Positions 20,644 through 30,103 of a stretch of 64,000 nt of DNA are shown here, in pieces; position 1 is the stretch's first letter; the number at the start of each line of letters is the position of its first letter. The position numbers were made by a program, and so were the translations under genes. Source of the stretch: Gemmatimonadota bacterium (GTDB taxonomy: Bacteria; Gemmatimonadota; Gemmatimonadetes; Palauibacterales; Palauibacteraceae); the NCBI GenBank assembly GCA_029262175.1, contig JAJCZV010000072.1:152537-216536 (forward strand), written 5' to 3'. The notes below the pieces were generated by a model that searched no databases, was not told where the DNA came from, and saw nothing but the letters and a program-made list of their open reading frames with translations.

Positions 20644-22001
20644 CCGGCGTGTCCGTTCTCGGCCTCTTGGCGGTCGGTGGCGTACTCGCGCAGGCAGGAG
20701 GGGCCGTCGGCGGCGCCTTGCCGTTGGGTCTGACGTTCCTCGGGCTTCTCACGTTGCGGGCTTTCTTCGCGGGCTCCGAGACGGCGCTTGTGTCACTGGA
20801 TCGGGCGAGGGTTCGACAGATGGCCGCGGACGGGCACAAACGCGCTCGCATCATCGGACGCTTGATCGATGATCCCGACCGCATGCTCGCCATGACGCTG
20901 GCCGGCACCAACCTGATGAGCGTGATCCTCGCCCAGACCGGGCTGGCCTTGGTGATCGTTCTACTCCCGACGGCGCCCAGCGCACCGTTGATCGCGACCG
21001 GGATGACCACCCTCCTCGTGCTCATCTTCGGCGAGATTCTTCCGAAGACCATCTTTCGCCTGAAGGCTCGCGATCTCGCGCTTCGCTACGCGTATCTCCT
21101 CCGTGGCTTCGATGTCTTGCTCGTCCCGGTCGTGCGCGCGATCAGCGCGATCACCGGCGCGATCGTGTCGCTACTGGGCCGGCGCATGGCGGCCACTTCG
21201 CCGGATGCCGTCCGATCCGAACTACGCCTGCTCGCCACCTTGGGTGAGAAGTCGGGGGGGATTCCGCGCGATCAACGTCTGATGATCCACGGGGTGCTCG
21301 ACCTGCGGGAGCGGCGCGTCGAGGATGTGATGGTCCCGCTGGTCAACATGGTCGCGGTCGAACTTACATCGGATCTCGCCGGCCTCCGCGAGTTGGCCGC
21401 GAGCTCCGGATTCTCTCGAATCCCCGTCTATGAGAACCGCATCTTCAACGTCATCGGAATCGTCCACATTCTCGATGTGGTTCACGCCGAGGCCACCGAG
21501 GGGAGCCTCGAGCGCTTCGTCCGACGGGATGTCCGATTCGTACCGGAATCAAAAAAAGTCAACGCCTTGCTGCGGGAGATTCAGACCGGTCCGCACACCA
21601 TGGTGTTCGCCGTCGATGAGCATGGGGGCACGACGGGTTTGCTCACCGTCCAAGATCTGGTGGAAGAGGTATTCGGACAGCTGGCTCCCGTCGGCGCGCG
21701 CGCCGAGTCGGTGCGCTTGATCGGCGCAAAAATGTTGGAGTGCGATGGGGGAACCGAGGTGGAGACGTTGGTCGAAGACTTCGGGATTCCGGTACCGGCG
21801 GGCGACTACGAGACCATCGCCGGGTTCGTGCTCGAACGAATGGGAGCCGTCCCCCCGCCAGGAGAGCGGCTCGAAACCGCCGACTTCGTGCTGACCGTGG
21901 CCGAATCGGATGTGCGGGCCGTTAGACGAGTGATCATTCGCGTCAAGACCGATACGACGGTGCCCTGGGATGAGTCCGCGCCTTCGGACGGCAAGGCCTG
22001 A
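20640..22001 (+). CDS. second CNNM/CorC-type transport protein (tandem paralog)
   Basis: 453 aa; same architecture (FFAGSETAL..., CBS pair VMVPLVNMVAVEL...GFSRIPVY, CorC_HlyC); GTG start overlaps upstream stop (GTGA). Confidence 0.75.
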   Translation: MTGVSVLGLLAVGGVLAQAGGAVGGALPLGLTFLGLLTLRAFFAGSETALVSLDRARVRQMAADGHKRARIIGRLIDDPDRMLAMTLAGTNLMSVILAQTGLALVIVLLPTAPSAPLIATGMTTLLVLIFGEILPKTIFRLKARDLALRYAYLLRGFDVLLVPVVRAISAITGAIVSLLGRRMAATSPDAVRSELRLLATLGEKSGGIPRDQRLMIHGVLDLRERRVEDVMVPLVNMVAVELTSDLAGLRELAASSGFSRIPVYENRIFNVIGIVHILDVVHAEATEGSLERFVRRDVRFVPESKKVNALLREIQTGPHTMVFAVDEHGGTTGLLTVQDLVEEVFGQLAPVGARAESVRLIGAKMLECDGGTEVETLVEDFGIPVPAGDYETIAGFVLERMGAVPPPGERLETADFVLTVAESDVRAVRRVIIRVKTDTTVPWDESAPSDGKA

Positions 22002-22063
22002 GCTCTCCACGCGTTGAAAGCCCACCCGGGCGACACACAAAGGGGCGAGCGCGCGGGGCGATA

Positions 22064-22147
22064 TGCCGGAGGAGGGACTCGAACCCTCAAGGGATTGCTC
22101 CCACCGGATTTTGAGTCCGGCGCGTCTGCCAGTTCCGCCACTCCGGC
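22064..22147 (-). tRNA. tRNA-Leu (anticodon CAA), 84 nt with long variable arm, CCA not encoded
   Basis: Minus strand: GCCGGAGTGGCGGAACTGGCAGACGCGCCGGACTCAAAATCCGGTGGGAGCAATCCCTTGAGGGTTCGAGTCCCTCCTCCGGCA; 7-bp acceptor stem, anticodon loop CTCAAAA, T-arm GGTTCGAGTCC. Confidence 0.85.
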
Positions 22148-22416
22148 CAGGCTACATGATGTACCTTCCGGTCAGCCGAGTCGCCAGCCGGGCATACTCC
22201 GTCGGGAGACTACTGGCACGAGGTCTCGTCGTGTATTTTCAAGAGAGATCGCCGGGAGGTCCACCCTGTTCCCCGACCGTCTGAACGCTCAGGCGAGCGC
22301 GTAGCTTTTCGGCTCCCTTTGACCTTCGAATCGAGAACGATGACGCAAGGAATAGATCGACCCACATCCGCGAGCGCGGGCTGGAGCGGATTCTCCGGCG
22401 AGCCGGGCTCCGGCTG

Positions 22417-23787
22417 GTGGTAAGCCTCGACGGGGCCGTCGAGACCGATTCGAAGGCGCGCGAGGCCGGGGCGGCGCTCGCAGAGCGCCTCCACGACGAA
22501 GGTCTGGACGCGGCGCTGAGCCAGGCGCGTGGCTTACACCCCGCGGAGCTGGCCGGCGCGCTCGGCGGGCTGGAGAGCGGTGACCGGGCGATGCTGCTCG
22601 CGGGCTTGCGGCTCGATGAGGTCGCCGCCGTGGCCGGGTATCTCGAGCCGAGGTTGCGACCCACGGTTCATCAAGGTCGGTCGAGCCAGGAGCTGAGCGA
22701 GCTCGCGATGATCCTGCCGGACCATCTCGCCGCCGACATGGTCCAGTCACTGGAGCCGGACGTCGTAGAGGCGGTCTTTGGTGGGCTTTCCGAGCGGGTG
22801 CGTGAGCGGCTGGGCGCGTTGGCCGCCTATCCGCCCGACACGGCCGCAGGGCGAATGACCGGACAGGTCTTCGCCGTCCGGCAAGACCAGACGGTCGCAC
22901 AGACGATCGCGGCCCTACGGATCGGTCGACCACAAGCGCACCGCCCGTTCTACACCTACGTCACCGACGCCGAAGGGCGATTGGTCGGCATCGTCGGCTT
23001 CAACGCGCTGCTGTTCGCCGCGCCTGCAACCTCCATCCGAGACCTGATGCAGGAGGTCACATCGGTACCCGCCGGCACAGCGGAGGTGGAGGCGGCCCGG
23101 CTGCTTCAGCGACGCAAGGTGCTGGCTCTGCCGGTAGTGGACGACGAGAACCGCCTCCTGGGAGCACTCACGATCGACGACACGCTCGACGTGCTCGAGG
23201 AAGCAGCCACCGATGACATTCTGCACTTGGCGGGCGTCAGCGAGAACGAGGCCCTCGAGAGCGTTCGGGACTCCGTGCGCTACAGACTACCCTGGCTGGC
23301 CATGAATCTCGTGGCCCTGCTGCTGGCAGCCTGGGTCATCTCGCGGTTCGAATCCACGATCGCCAGCGCCGCCGTCATCGCCGTGTTCCTGCCTGTCGTG
23401 CTCGGCCAGGGCGGAAACGGCGGGCTCCAGACGGTGACCGTAGTCGTGAGATCGCTCGCGCTTGGCCGGATCGTCCCCCGCAATACGCTGCGCGTGACAG
23501 GGAACGAGCTCGCCGCCGCGCTCGTCACGGGCGGCGCTGTCGGAACCAGCGTGGGACTCCTGGCCTGGGGCTGGCAGGGTAACCCCTGGCTCGGGCTGGT
23601 CGTGGGGGCCGCCATCTTTGCCAACCAGCTGGTGGGAGCGGTGGCGGGCGTCTGCTTTCCGATGGGGCTCGCGCGAATCCGCCAGGACCCGGCCGTATCG
23701 GCCCCGATCTGGCTCACGAATGCCACCGATGTCCTGGGAGCACTCCTTTTGCTCGGCCTCGCAACGCTCCTGATCTCCTACCTATGA
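22417..23787 (+). CDS. mgtE: magnesium transporter MgtE (MgtE_N + CBS pair + MgtE TM domain)
   Basis: 456 aa, GTG start; CBS pair, TM domain with GNGGLQTVTVVVRSLALG and conserved Asp-containing C-terminal helices. Confidence 0.8.
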   Translation: MVSLDGAVETDSKAREAGAALAERLHDEGLDAALSQARGLHPAELAGALGGLESGDRAMLLAGLRLDEVAAVAGYLEPRLRPTVHQGRSSQELSELAMILPDHLAADMVQSLEPDVVEAVFGGLSERVRERLGALAAYPPDTAAGRMTGQVFAVRQDQTVAQTIAALRIGRPQAHRPFYTYVTDAEGRLVGIVGFNALLFAAPATSIRDLMQEVTSVPAGTAEVEAARLLQRRKVLALPVVDDENRLLGALTIDDTLDVLEEAATDDILHLAGVSENEALESVRDSVRYRLPWLAMNLVALLLAAWVISRFESTIASAAVIAVFLPVVLGQGGNGGLQTVTVVVRSLALGRIVPRNTLRVTGNELAAALVTGGAVGTSVGLLAWGWQGNPWLGLVVGAAIFANQLVGAVAGVCFPMGLARIRQDPAVSAPIWLTNATDVLGALLLLGLATLLISYL

Positions 23788-25142
23788 CGCACATAGACGA
23801 GTCTCCGACCGACGATCCCAAGGATCCGATCACCCAGCTCGTCGAGCTGATCGAGCAAGGGGCCCGAGCGGAGGCGCTACAGGTCGTCCGGGAGCTGCAC
23901 CCGGCGGACCAAGCGGGCCTCGTGGCGAGCGTGGACACCGAGATCCGGGAACTCATTGTCCAGGAGCTCGCGTCCCACGAGCTGGCGGCCATGCTGGAGT
24001 ACTTGGAGCCTCACTACCGCGACGTGGTGTTCGAGGAGCTCGCGCCCGAGGACCTCGCCGACCTCGTCGGGATCATACCGGACGACATCGCGGCCGACGC
24101 GATCCAGGAACTCAGCGGCGCGGAGGCCGCTCGGGTGGTGAGCGCCATCTCCGACGAGGCACGCGACGCGATCGGGCAATTGGTCGGCTACGCCCCCGAC
24201 ACTGCGGCGGGTCGCATGACCGGCCAGCGCGTGACCGTGTCGAGCGACGCCACCGTCGCCGAAGTCATCGAGACGCTGCGTCCGATGAAAGCCGAACGTC
24301 TCCCGACCATTTACGCGGTGGATAGCGACGGCCGACTCCTCGGAGTCGTGGGCCTCCGTGTCCTGCTCATCGCCGAGCCCGAGACGCGCGTCGCCGACAT
24401 CGCCCGAGAGGTCGTGTCGGTGCCGGCGGAGACCGATCAGGAGGACGCGGCCCGAATCCTCGCGCGGTACAACCAGGCGTTCCTTCCGGTGGTGGCTGCG
24501 GACGGCGGCCTCTTGGGCACCCTGACCGCCGACGACCTGCTCCATGTCCTGGATGAGGAAGTGACCGAGGACATGTTCCATCTGGCGGGCGTCAGCGCGG
24601 ACGAGGACCTCGAGAGCATCCGCAAGTCGGTGCGCTACCGGCTCCCGTGGCTGTACGCGAACCTCCTGACCGTGCTGCTCGCCGCTGCGGTCGTGGCGCT
24701 GTTCGAAGGCACGTTGGCCCAGGCCGCGGTCCTTGCCGCCTTTCTGCCGGTCGTGGCGGCCCAGGGTGGCAACGCCGGCATCCAGACGGTGACGGTCGTG
24801 GTCCGGTCGCTCGCCTTAGGCCGGATTACGGCGGACAGTACCCTCCGGGTGGTGCGACACGAACTCGCGACGGGACTCGTCACCGGTGTGGTCAGCGCGC
24901 TCGCGGTGGGGCTGGTGGTGTGGGCATGGCAGGGCAATGTCTGGCTGGCGGGGATTCTCGCCATCGCGGTCGTGGGCGACGTGCTCATCGGCGTGGCCGC
25001 GGGCGTAGTCATCCCGATCGCTCTCCAGTCCATGCGCCAGGATCCGGCGCTCTCGGCCGGGATCTGGCTGACCACCGTCACCGACGTCTGCGGGTTTTTC
25101 CTCTACCTGGGAATGGCAACGCTGGTCGTCACACACCTGTGA
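23784..25142 (+). CDS. mgtE: magnesium transporter MgtE, tandem paralog
   Basis: 452 aa; ATG overlaps upstream stop (ATGA); same domain order, GNAGIQTVTVVVRSLALG motif. Confidence 0.8.
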   Translation: MTHIDESPTDDPKDPITQLVELIEQGARAEALQVVRELHPADQAGLVASVDTEIRELIVQELASHELAAMLEYLEPHYRDVVFEELAPEDLADLVGIIPDDIAADAIQELSGAEAARVVSAISDEARDAIGQLVGYAPDTAAGRMTGQRVTVSSDATVAEVIETLRPMKAERLPTIYAVDSDGRLLGVVGLRVLLIAEPETRVADIAREVVSVPAETDQEDAARILARYNQAFLPVVAADGGLLGTLTADDLLHVLDEEVTEDMFHLAGVSADEDLESIRKSVRYRLPWLYANLLTVLLAAAVVALFEGTLAQAAVLAAFLPVVAAQGGNAGIQTVTVVVRSLALGRITADSTLRVVRHELATGLVTGVVSALAVGLVVWAWQGNVWLAGILAIAVVGDVLIGVAAGVVIPIALQSMRQDPALSAGIWLTTVTDVCGFFLYLGMATLVVTHL

Positions 25143-25165
25143 GCGTGAGCCGCCCGTCCTTCGAC

Positions 25166-26869
25166 CTAGCGGTCGGAGCGTCGGCGACGCACGTGGACGT
25201 CGACCATGGTGAGGCGGTCGACCTGGACGAAGGAGTGCACGCCCTCCACGCCGGGTTGAAAGTCCGGCGTGATGCAGCTGACCTCGATCTCTCGGTACTC
25301 CGTCGGCGTCAGGGCCTCGACCTGTTGCAGCCGAACGCCCCATCCGTATCGGAGCGCGCAGTCCTGCGCCGGTCGAACGAGCGCTCCGTTTGCCCGCACG
25401 AAGGCGCCGGCCGGGCGTGCGCGCCGCACATCCGACACGACCGGATTTTGGGCATGCGGCGTCCAGACGGTTGCGAGCGGCGAGTCGGCATAGAACACGA
25501 ACAGCTCGTCGTGGTAAGAGGCGCCGATATTCTCCCGGATGTTCGTGAACATCCACCACCGACCCTCATGCTCGACAAGCGTCGTGTCTACCGCATCGAT
25601 GTCATCTTTGATCACGCGAACGAGACTCCACTCACCCGGGAAGCGGTCGCACTTGTAGAGCTCGATCGTTCGCGCTTCCGTCGACTCGGGGATCATGTAC
25701 AGGTCATCTTCGAACTCGAACACGAACGGATAAGAGAGGTGATACGGTCGCTCCAACACCGGCTCCGCCTCGGACACGTTCCCGTCGTCATCGATCGTGA
25801 GCCAGGCGATCCGGCCTCGCTTCGTCTCGTAGAGATATTCCTCAAAAAACACGTGATATTTGTCGTCCCTTCGAACGACGTGAGGATCGGCCCAAAACCG
25901 ATCCGATGGCGAGATGATCGATTTGAAACGCCATAGGGAGGTGCCGAAGCCATCGCCAAGCCCAAACCGTAGCTGCCAATGATTCCACCCCGTCATCGTC
26001 GCCAGCTTTCGCTTGGCCAACCGGCGATAGAGGCCAACGAAGGGACGCCATAGTTCCCGATTGGTGGGCGACAGAAACAGGCGCTGCGAATAGAAGGGCG
26101 CCGGGTCTTGAGCCTGTCGATGCACCGCCAGAAACTCTTCGCGTCCGAGGGCGTACAGTTGATCCAACCTGCGCGGGACCATCGACAACGTCTTCCAGTA
26201 GTATTTGCTCTTGTTGGCGCGCACCGACATCAATTCGGTTCCAGACCAACTGCGGTCCAACACCAACCCGTTGTCGAGGTCCTCGTTCAAGATCTGAAGA
26301 ATCGAGCCCGTCACTGGCCATTCGAGCAGTACTTCCCAGAATCCGGCCGGACCGCCTCGATTGACTCGGTTGTCGCCGTGATGAAAGGACCAGACACCGA
26401 CGGCCGCCGCTTCGAGAATGCCGCCACGCAAGATCCGAAACCCGAGTCTCAGTAGAACATCGAGATCTTTGGCTCTTACCTCGGCCACTTCCTCATCAGA
26501 CAGAAAGTCCGAGAACCGCGTACGCCTCGGCGACACCTCGATGACCGGCACCCCTTGGAGCAGCTCCGACACATCTTCGAACACGAACGCGTTTCGTGGA
26601 TCCGGTCCCGCGAGACGGCGCTTGCGATCCAAACGTTGGAATAGCAGATAGAGAAACTGCTTGCGGTTTTTCCAGTAGCTCGCGATCCGACCGAACGGTC
26701 CGCGAGGCGCCGCATGCCCACCGCCTCCGTCATTCATGACGATGCACGAGATCTCGGCGCTCTCCCCGGCCAGGATGCGCTCCAACATGCGAACCACCCA
26801 AGCATGTTGGTTGTAGGAGTCCATCAAGAGCCCCACTCGAAGCGGGCGCTTCGTGGAAGCTGAACTCAT
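25166..26869 (-). CDS. fusion protein: formyltransferase-like N-terminal domain + C-terminal GH43/GH130-like beta-propeller domain (NCBI-style name: glucosamine inositolphosphorylceramide transferase family protein)
   Basis: 567 aa; N-terminal region matches Fmt/formyl_trans_N pattern (LRVGLLMDSYNQHAWVV..., DLDVLLRLGFRILRGGILEAAAVGVWSFHHGDNRVNRGGPAGFWEVLLEWPVTGSILQIL NEDLDNGLVL); C-terminal WADPHVVRRDDKYHVFFEEY... resembles five-bladed propeller hydrolase/phosphorylase folds. Confidence 0.5.
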   Translation of the reverse strand: MSSASTKRPLRVGLLMDSYNQHAWVVRMLERILAGESAEISCIVMNDGGGGHAAPRGPFGRIASYWKNRKQFLYLLFQRLDRKRRLAGPDPRNAFVFEDVSELLQGVPVIEVSPRRTRFSDFLSDEEVAEVRAKDLDVLLRLGFRILRGGILEAAAVGVWSFHHGDNRVNRGGPAGFWEVLLEWPVTGSILQILNEDLDNGLVLDRSWSGTELMSVRANKSKYYWKTLSMVPRRLDQLYALGREEFLAVHRQAQDPAPFYSQRLFLSPTNRELWRPFVGLYRRLAKRKLATMTGWNHWQLRFGLGDGFGTSLWRFKSIISPSDRFWADPHVVRRDDKYHVFFEEYLYETKRGRIAWLTIDDDGNVSEAEPVLERPYHLSYPFVFEFEDDLYMIPESTEARTIELYKCDRFPGEWSLVRVIKDDIDAVDTTLVEHEGRWWMFTNIRENIGASYHDELFVFYADSPLATVWTPHAQNPVVSDVRRARPAGAFVRANGALVRPAQDCALRYGWGVRLQQVEALTPTEYREIEVSCITPDFQPGVEGVHSFVQVDRLTMVDVHVRRRRSDR

Positions 26870-26983
26870 ACGGAGATACGCTCGGTGGTCATGGGAGCAG
26901 GCCTATGCACGGTTCATTCGGGAGATCGGCGAAATCCGTTGGATCGCTGAGAACAGGGTATGCCGGAACCGTGCCAGATTCCG

Positions 26984-28267
26984 CTACTCGGCGGATTGGA
27001 TCGCCTGATAGACGAGCGCCCGCAACTTTGCGTGGTCATCCAAGTCGTCGGCGGGAATCAGCTGCGTGAAGTACACGACCACCAGGTCCTCCTCGGGATC
27101 CACCCAGTAGGTCGAATGGTACGCCCCGCCCCAACCGAAGGCTCCGGCCGACCCCAAAGTGCCGGCCTCTCCAAGATCTTCGAGGACACTGAATCCCAAC
27201 CCGAACCCGTACCCAGGGGACCAGCTGGTAAACCGCTCACCGACGTGATTCACGGTCATCAGCTCGACCGTCGCTTCGGAGAGAATGCGCACGCCATCCA
27301 GCTCTCCCTCGTTCAACATCATCTGAAGAAACCGTGCGTAATCGCGGGCGGTGGAAAGGAGACCGGCACCGCCCGAGAAGCTCGTCCGCGGTCCATCGAC
27401 GTAGGCGCCCTGCCCCACCATGCCACCCGGATCCGGTGCGCGCACGAGCCCCTCGTCGGTTGCCGAATAGACGGTCGTCAATCGGGCGACCTTGTCCGGC
27501 GGCAGATAGAAATGCGTGTCGACCATCCCGAGCGGGTCGAGGATTCTCTCTTGGAGGAACGCTTCCAGCGACACCTCCGACACGACCTCTACGATGTGGC
27601 CCAGGATGTCCGTGCTATACCCGTACACAAAGTGCTCGCCGGGTTGGGCGTCCATGGGGAGGGCTGCCATGCGGGCGACGGTCGCGCCAATCGGCTCGGC
27701 CCGATCGGCGAAGTACCACCCTTGGATCTGCGCCTCTGCCCATTCCGCGTGACCCGCACCGGAACCGTAGCCGATCCCCGCCGTGTGAGTGAGCAGATCT
27801 CGCAGTGTGATGTCGCGCGCGGCCGCAACGACGTCATATCCACCGCCCTCCACAGGGACCGCCACGGTGGTTTCGGCGAAGCTGGGCAAATAGCGCTCCA
27901 CGGGGTGCGAGATGAGGAGCTTCCCCTCCTCCTGCAACATCATGATCGCGACGCTCACCAAGGCCTTCGTCTGCGATGCAATCCGAAAGATGTCGTCCGT
28001 AGTCGCGGCCACTTGCGCCTCGCGGTCTCGATACCCGAATGCACCCAGATACGCGACTCGTCCCCTTCGCTGGACCAGCGCGACGGCCCCCGGGAGCGCA
28101 CCGTCGTCTACGTACGATTGGAGTGCCTCCGTAAGGCGGTCCAAGCGCTCGGCCGACATGCCCGCGGAAGTCGAGGTCGCCGCCGGAGCGGCCCAAGAGG
28201 CGAGCAGACCCAAAACCAGCAACACCGGAAGCGCGGCAATCAGCAGTCGGGTCGAGGCGCGTGGCAT
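26984..28267 (-). CDS. serine hydrolase, beta-lactamase/penicillin-binding protein family (class C-like), secreted
   Basis: ORF to 28303; likely start [30 protein letters not shown] (signal); SxxK active-site motif FRIASQTK, YxN-like and downstream motifs. Confidence 0.75.
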   Translation of the reverse strand: MPRASTRLLIAALPVLLVLGLLASWAAPAATSTSAGMSAERLDRLTEALQSYVDDGALPGAVALVQRRGRVAYLGAFGYRDREAQVAATTDDIFRIASQTKALVSVAIMMLQEEGKLLISHPVERYLPSFAETTVAVPVEGGGYDVVAAARDITLRDLLTHTAGIGYGSGAGHAEWAEAQIQGWYFADRAEPIGATVARMAALPMDAQPGEHFVYGYSTDILGHIVEVVSEVSLEAFLQERILDPLGMVDTHFYLPPDKVARLTTVYSATDEGLVRAPDPGGMVGQGAYVDGPRTSFSGGAGLLSTARDYARFLQMMLNEGELDGVRILSEATVELMTVNHVGERFTSWSPGYGFGLGFSVLEDLGEAGTLGSAGAFGWGGAYHSTYWVDPEEDLVVVYFTQLIPADDLDDHAKLRALVYQAIQSAE

Positions 28268-28392
28268 ACGGGGCGCTCCACTGAGATGGGGTCGACGGTG
28301 CAAAATACGATGAAACCCTACACTCTCGGGCGTGCGTACACTATCGTTGCCAGGGTCTGGCTTGGTCTGCCCCGCAATTCAAGGAGCATTTC

Positions 28393-28710
28393 GTGGATAT
28401 GGATCTAGTGGTCGTCTTCAGCTTCGTCGCGCTCCTCGCCCTGATCATCACCACCGGCATCATCGTCTTTCCCATCTCGAGGAAGCTGGGTCTGTTTCTG
28501 GAGCAAGCCGCGAAGGAACGAGCCAACCGAATCGCGGGCGGGCAACCGGCCATCGCAACCCCCGTCGCCGATCAGTTGATCCAGTTGATGTCGGGGTTGG
28601 AGGAACAGGTGGGGAGACTGGCCGAGCGGCAGGCCTTCACGGAGCGGCTCCTAGAGGAGAAGGCCCAATCCGGCGCCACCAAGGAGCTGCCAGGAACGCA
28701 CGGCCCATGA
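28393..28710 (+). CDS. small single-pass membrane protein with C-terminal coiled-coil, hypothetical
   Basis: 105 aa; TM helix VVVFSFVALLALIITTGIIVF, then charged helical segment. Confidence 0.4.
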   Translation: MDMDLVVVFSFVALLALIITTGIIVFPISRKLGLFLEQAAKERANRIAGGQPAIATPVADQLIQLMSGLEEQVGRLAERQAFTERLLEEKAQSGATKELPGTHGP

Positions 28711-28735
28711 TCCGCGCGGAGGGGCCGCGCGTGTC

Positions 28736-29863
28736 TCAGGCGAGGTTGAAGAACGCCAGGCCGAGAATCACGTAGACGCCGAGAAGAAGCGCCCCCTCCA
28801 TCCAATGGGTCTCGCCATCGTCGGAGATCTGGCCGATGACGAGGACCGAGATCGCGACCGCCACCACCTCGAGCTCGGTGAACACGAGATCCATCGGTTG
28901 TGGCGCGATGACGTAGGAGAGCAAGACCAGGAGCGGGGCGATAAAGAGGGCGATCTGCACCGAGGACCCGACAGCGATCTGCAGGGATAGATCCATCTTG
29001 TTTTTCAACGCCACCAAGACCGCCGTCGAGTGTTCGGCCGCGTTTCCGACGAGCGCGACGACAATCACCCCGACGAACACTTCGTTCATACCCAACGAGT
29101 GGGCCGCCTCTTCCGCGCCTCCGACCAGAATCTCGCTCATCCAGCCTACGAACGTGGCCGCACCGACCAACATCAGCATCGCACGCTTCGCGGACCAAAC
29201 GTGGGATTCGTCGGGAACCGCCTCTCCGTGACGAGCGACAGCCTCGACCTCCGAGTGTCCCCCCGCATAGAGATGGCCGTGGGTGCGGAGTGAGAAGACC
29301 AGAGACAGGCCGTAGCAGATGATCAAGACGATCGAGATCTCGAGGCTGAGCGAACCCTCGGCGATCGCGGCCGGCCCCTCGGATTCTTGAATGAAATGGA
29401 ACACGGCAGGAACGACGAGACCGACGGCGCTGAGCAGCAGCATCGTGGCGCCGAGGTTGGCCGCGGTGCGATTGAAGGATTGGCGGGGATGCTTCAACCC
29501 CCCGAGCACGGCACTCAGACCAAAGACCAGGAGCACGTTTCCGATGATCGAGCCCGTCAACGAAGCCTTTACGAGATCGTAGAGACCCGCACGGAGCGCG
29601 AAGATCGCGATGATGAGTTCCGCCGCGTTGCCGAACGTCGCGTTGAGGAGCCCGCCGAGGCCGGCTCCGACTCGTTCCGCCAGCATCTCGGTCGCCTTCC
29701 CCATGAGGCCAGCCAGCGGGATGATCGCGACGGCGGAGGAAACAAAGAGCACGGTGGGCGATGCGTGGAGGAAATACTCGAGCACGAGCGTGATGGGGAC
29801 AAAGACCAGAAACAGCATGAGGACGTTGTCGGCTTTGATGCGGCCCGCCACATCGGCCTCCAT
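28736..29863 (-). CDS. Ca2+/H+ (cation/proton) antiporter, CaCA/CAX family
   Basis: 375 aa; 11 TM; two GNAAE alpha-repeat motifs ([15 protein letters not shown] and [12 protein letters not shown]). Confidence 0.8.
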   Translation of the reverse strand: MEADVAGRIKADNVLMLFLVFVPITLVLEYFLHASPTVLFVSSAVAIIPLAGLMGKATEMLAERVGAGLGGLLNATFGNAAELIIAIFALRAGLYDLVKASLTGSIIGNVLLVFGLSAVLGGLKHPRQSFNRTAANLGATMLLLSAVGLVVPAVFHFIQESEGPAAIAEGSLSLEISIVLIICYGLSLVFSLRTHGHLYAGGHSEVEAVARHGEAVPDESHVWSAKRAMLMLVGAATFVGWMSEILVGGAEEAAHSLGMNEVFVGVIVVALVGNAAEHSTAVLVALKNKMDLSLQIAVGSSVQIALFIAPLLVLLSYVIAPQPMDLVFTELEVVAVAISVLVIGQISDDGETHWMEGALLLGVYVILGLAFFNLA

Positions 29864-30103
29864 CCAGGGGTTCTGGTCGTATGTCGATGGGAAGAAGGCG
29901 CCGTCCGGATTCGAACCGGAGTAGGGGGCTTTGCAGGCCCCTGCCTAGCCACTCGGCCACGGCGCCGCGATGCCGGACAGCCTAATGAGTCCAGAACCAT
30001 CGGGAAACCCCGACGCCGGGCCGGTCGCCGCAACCCGTCGGGCGGTAACGGCGGGCATTTCCGCGGCTTGTGCGGGGTCCGAACCGCCCTCTATACTCGC
30101 GCG

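Noticed and set aside
22148-22416. Possible M-box (Mg2+) riboswitch upstream of mgtE
   Set aside because: I looked for recognisable M-box conserved stretches and found none; only a short 27-codon ORF and GC-rich sequence. Left as something to test with Rfam rather than called.
29387-30103. 5' 240 codons of the 800-aa ORF 29387-31789
   Set aside because: This part overlaps the CAX antiporter on the opposite strand and lacks signal-peptide or domain features; the plausible start is ATG 30104, which provides a signal peptide.
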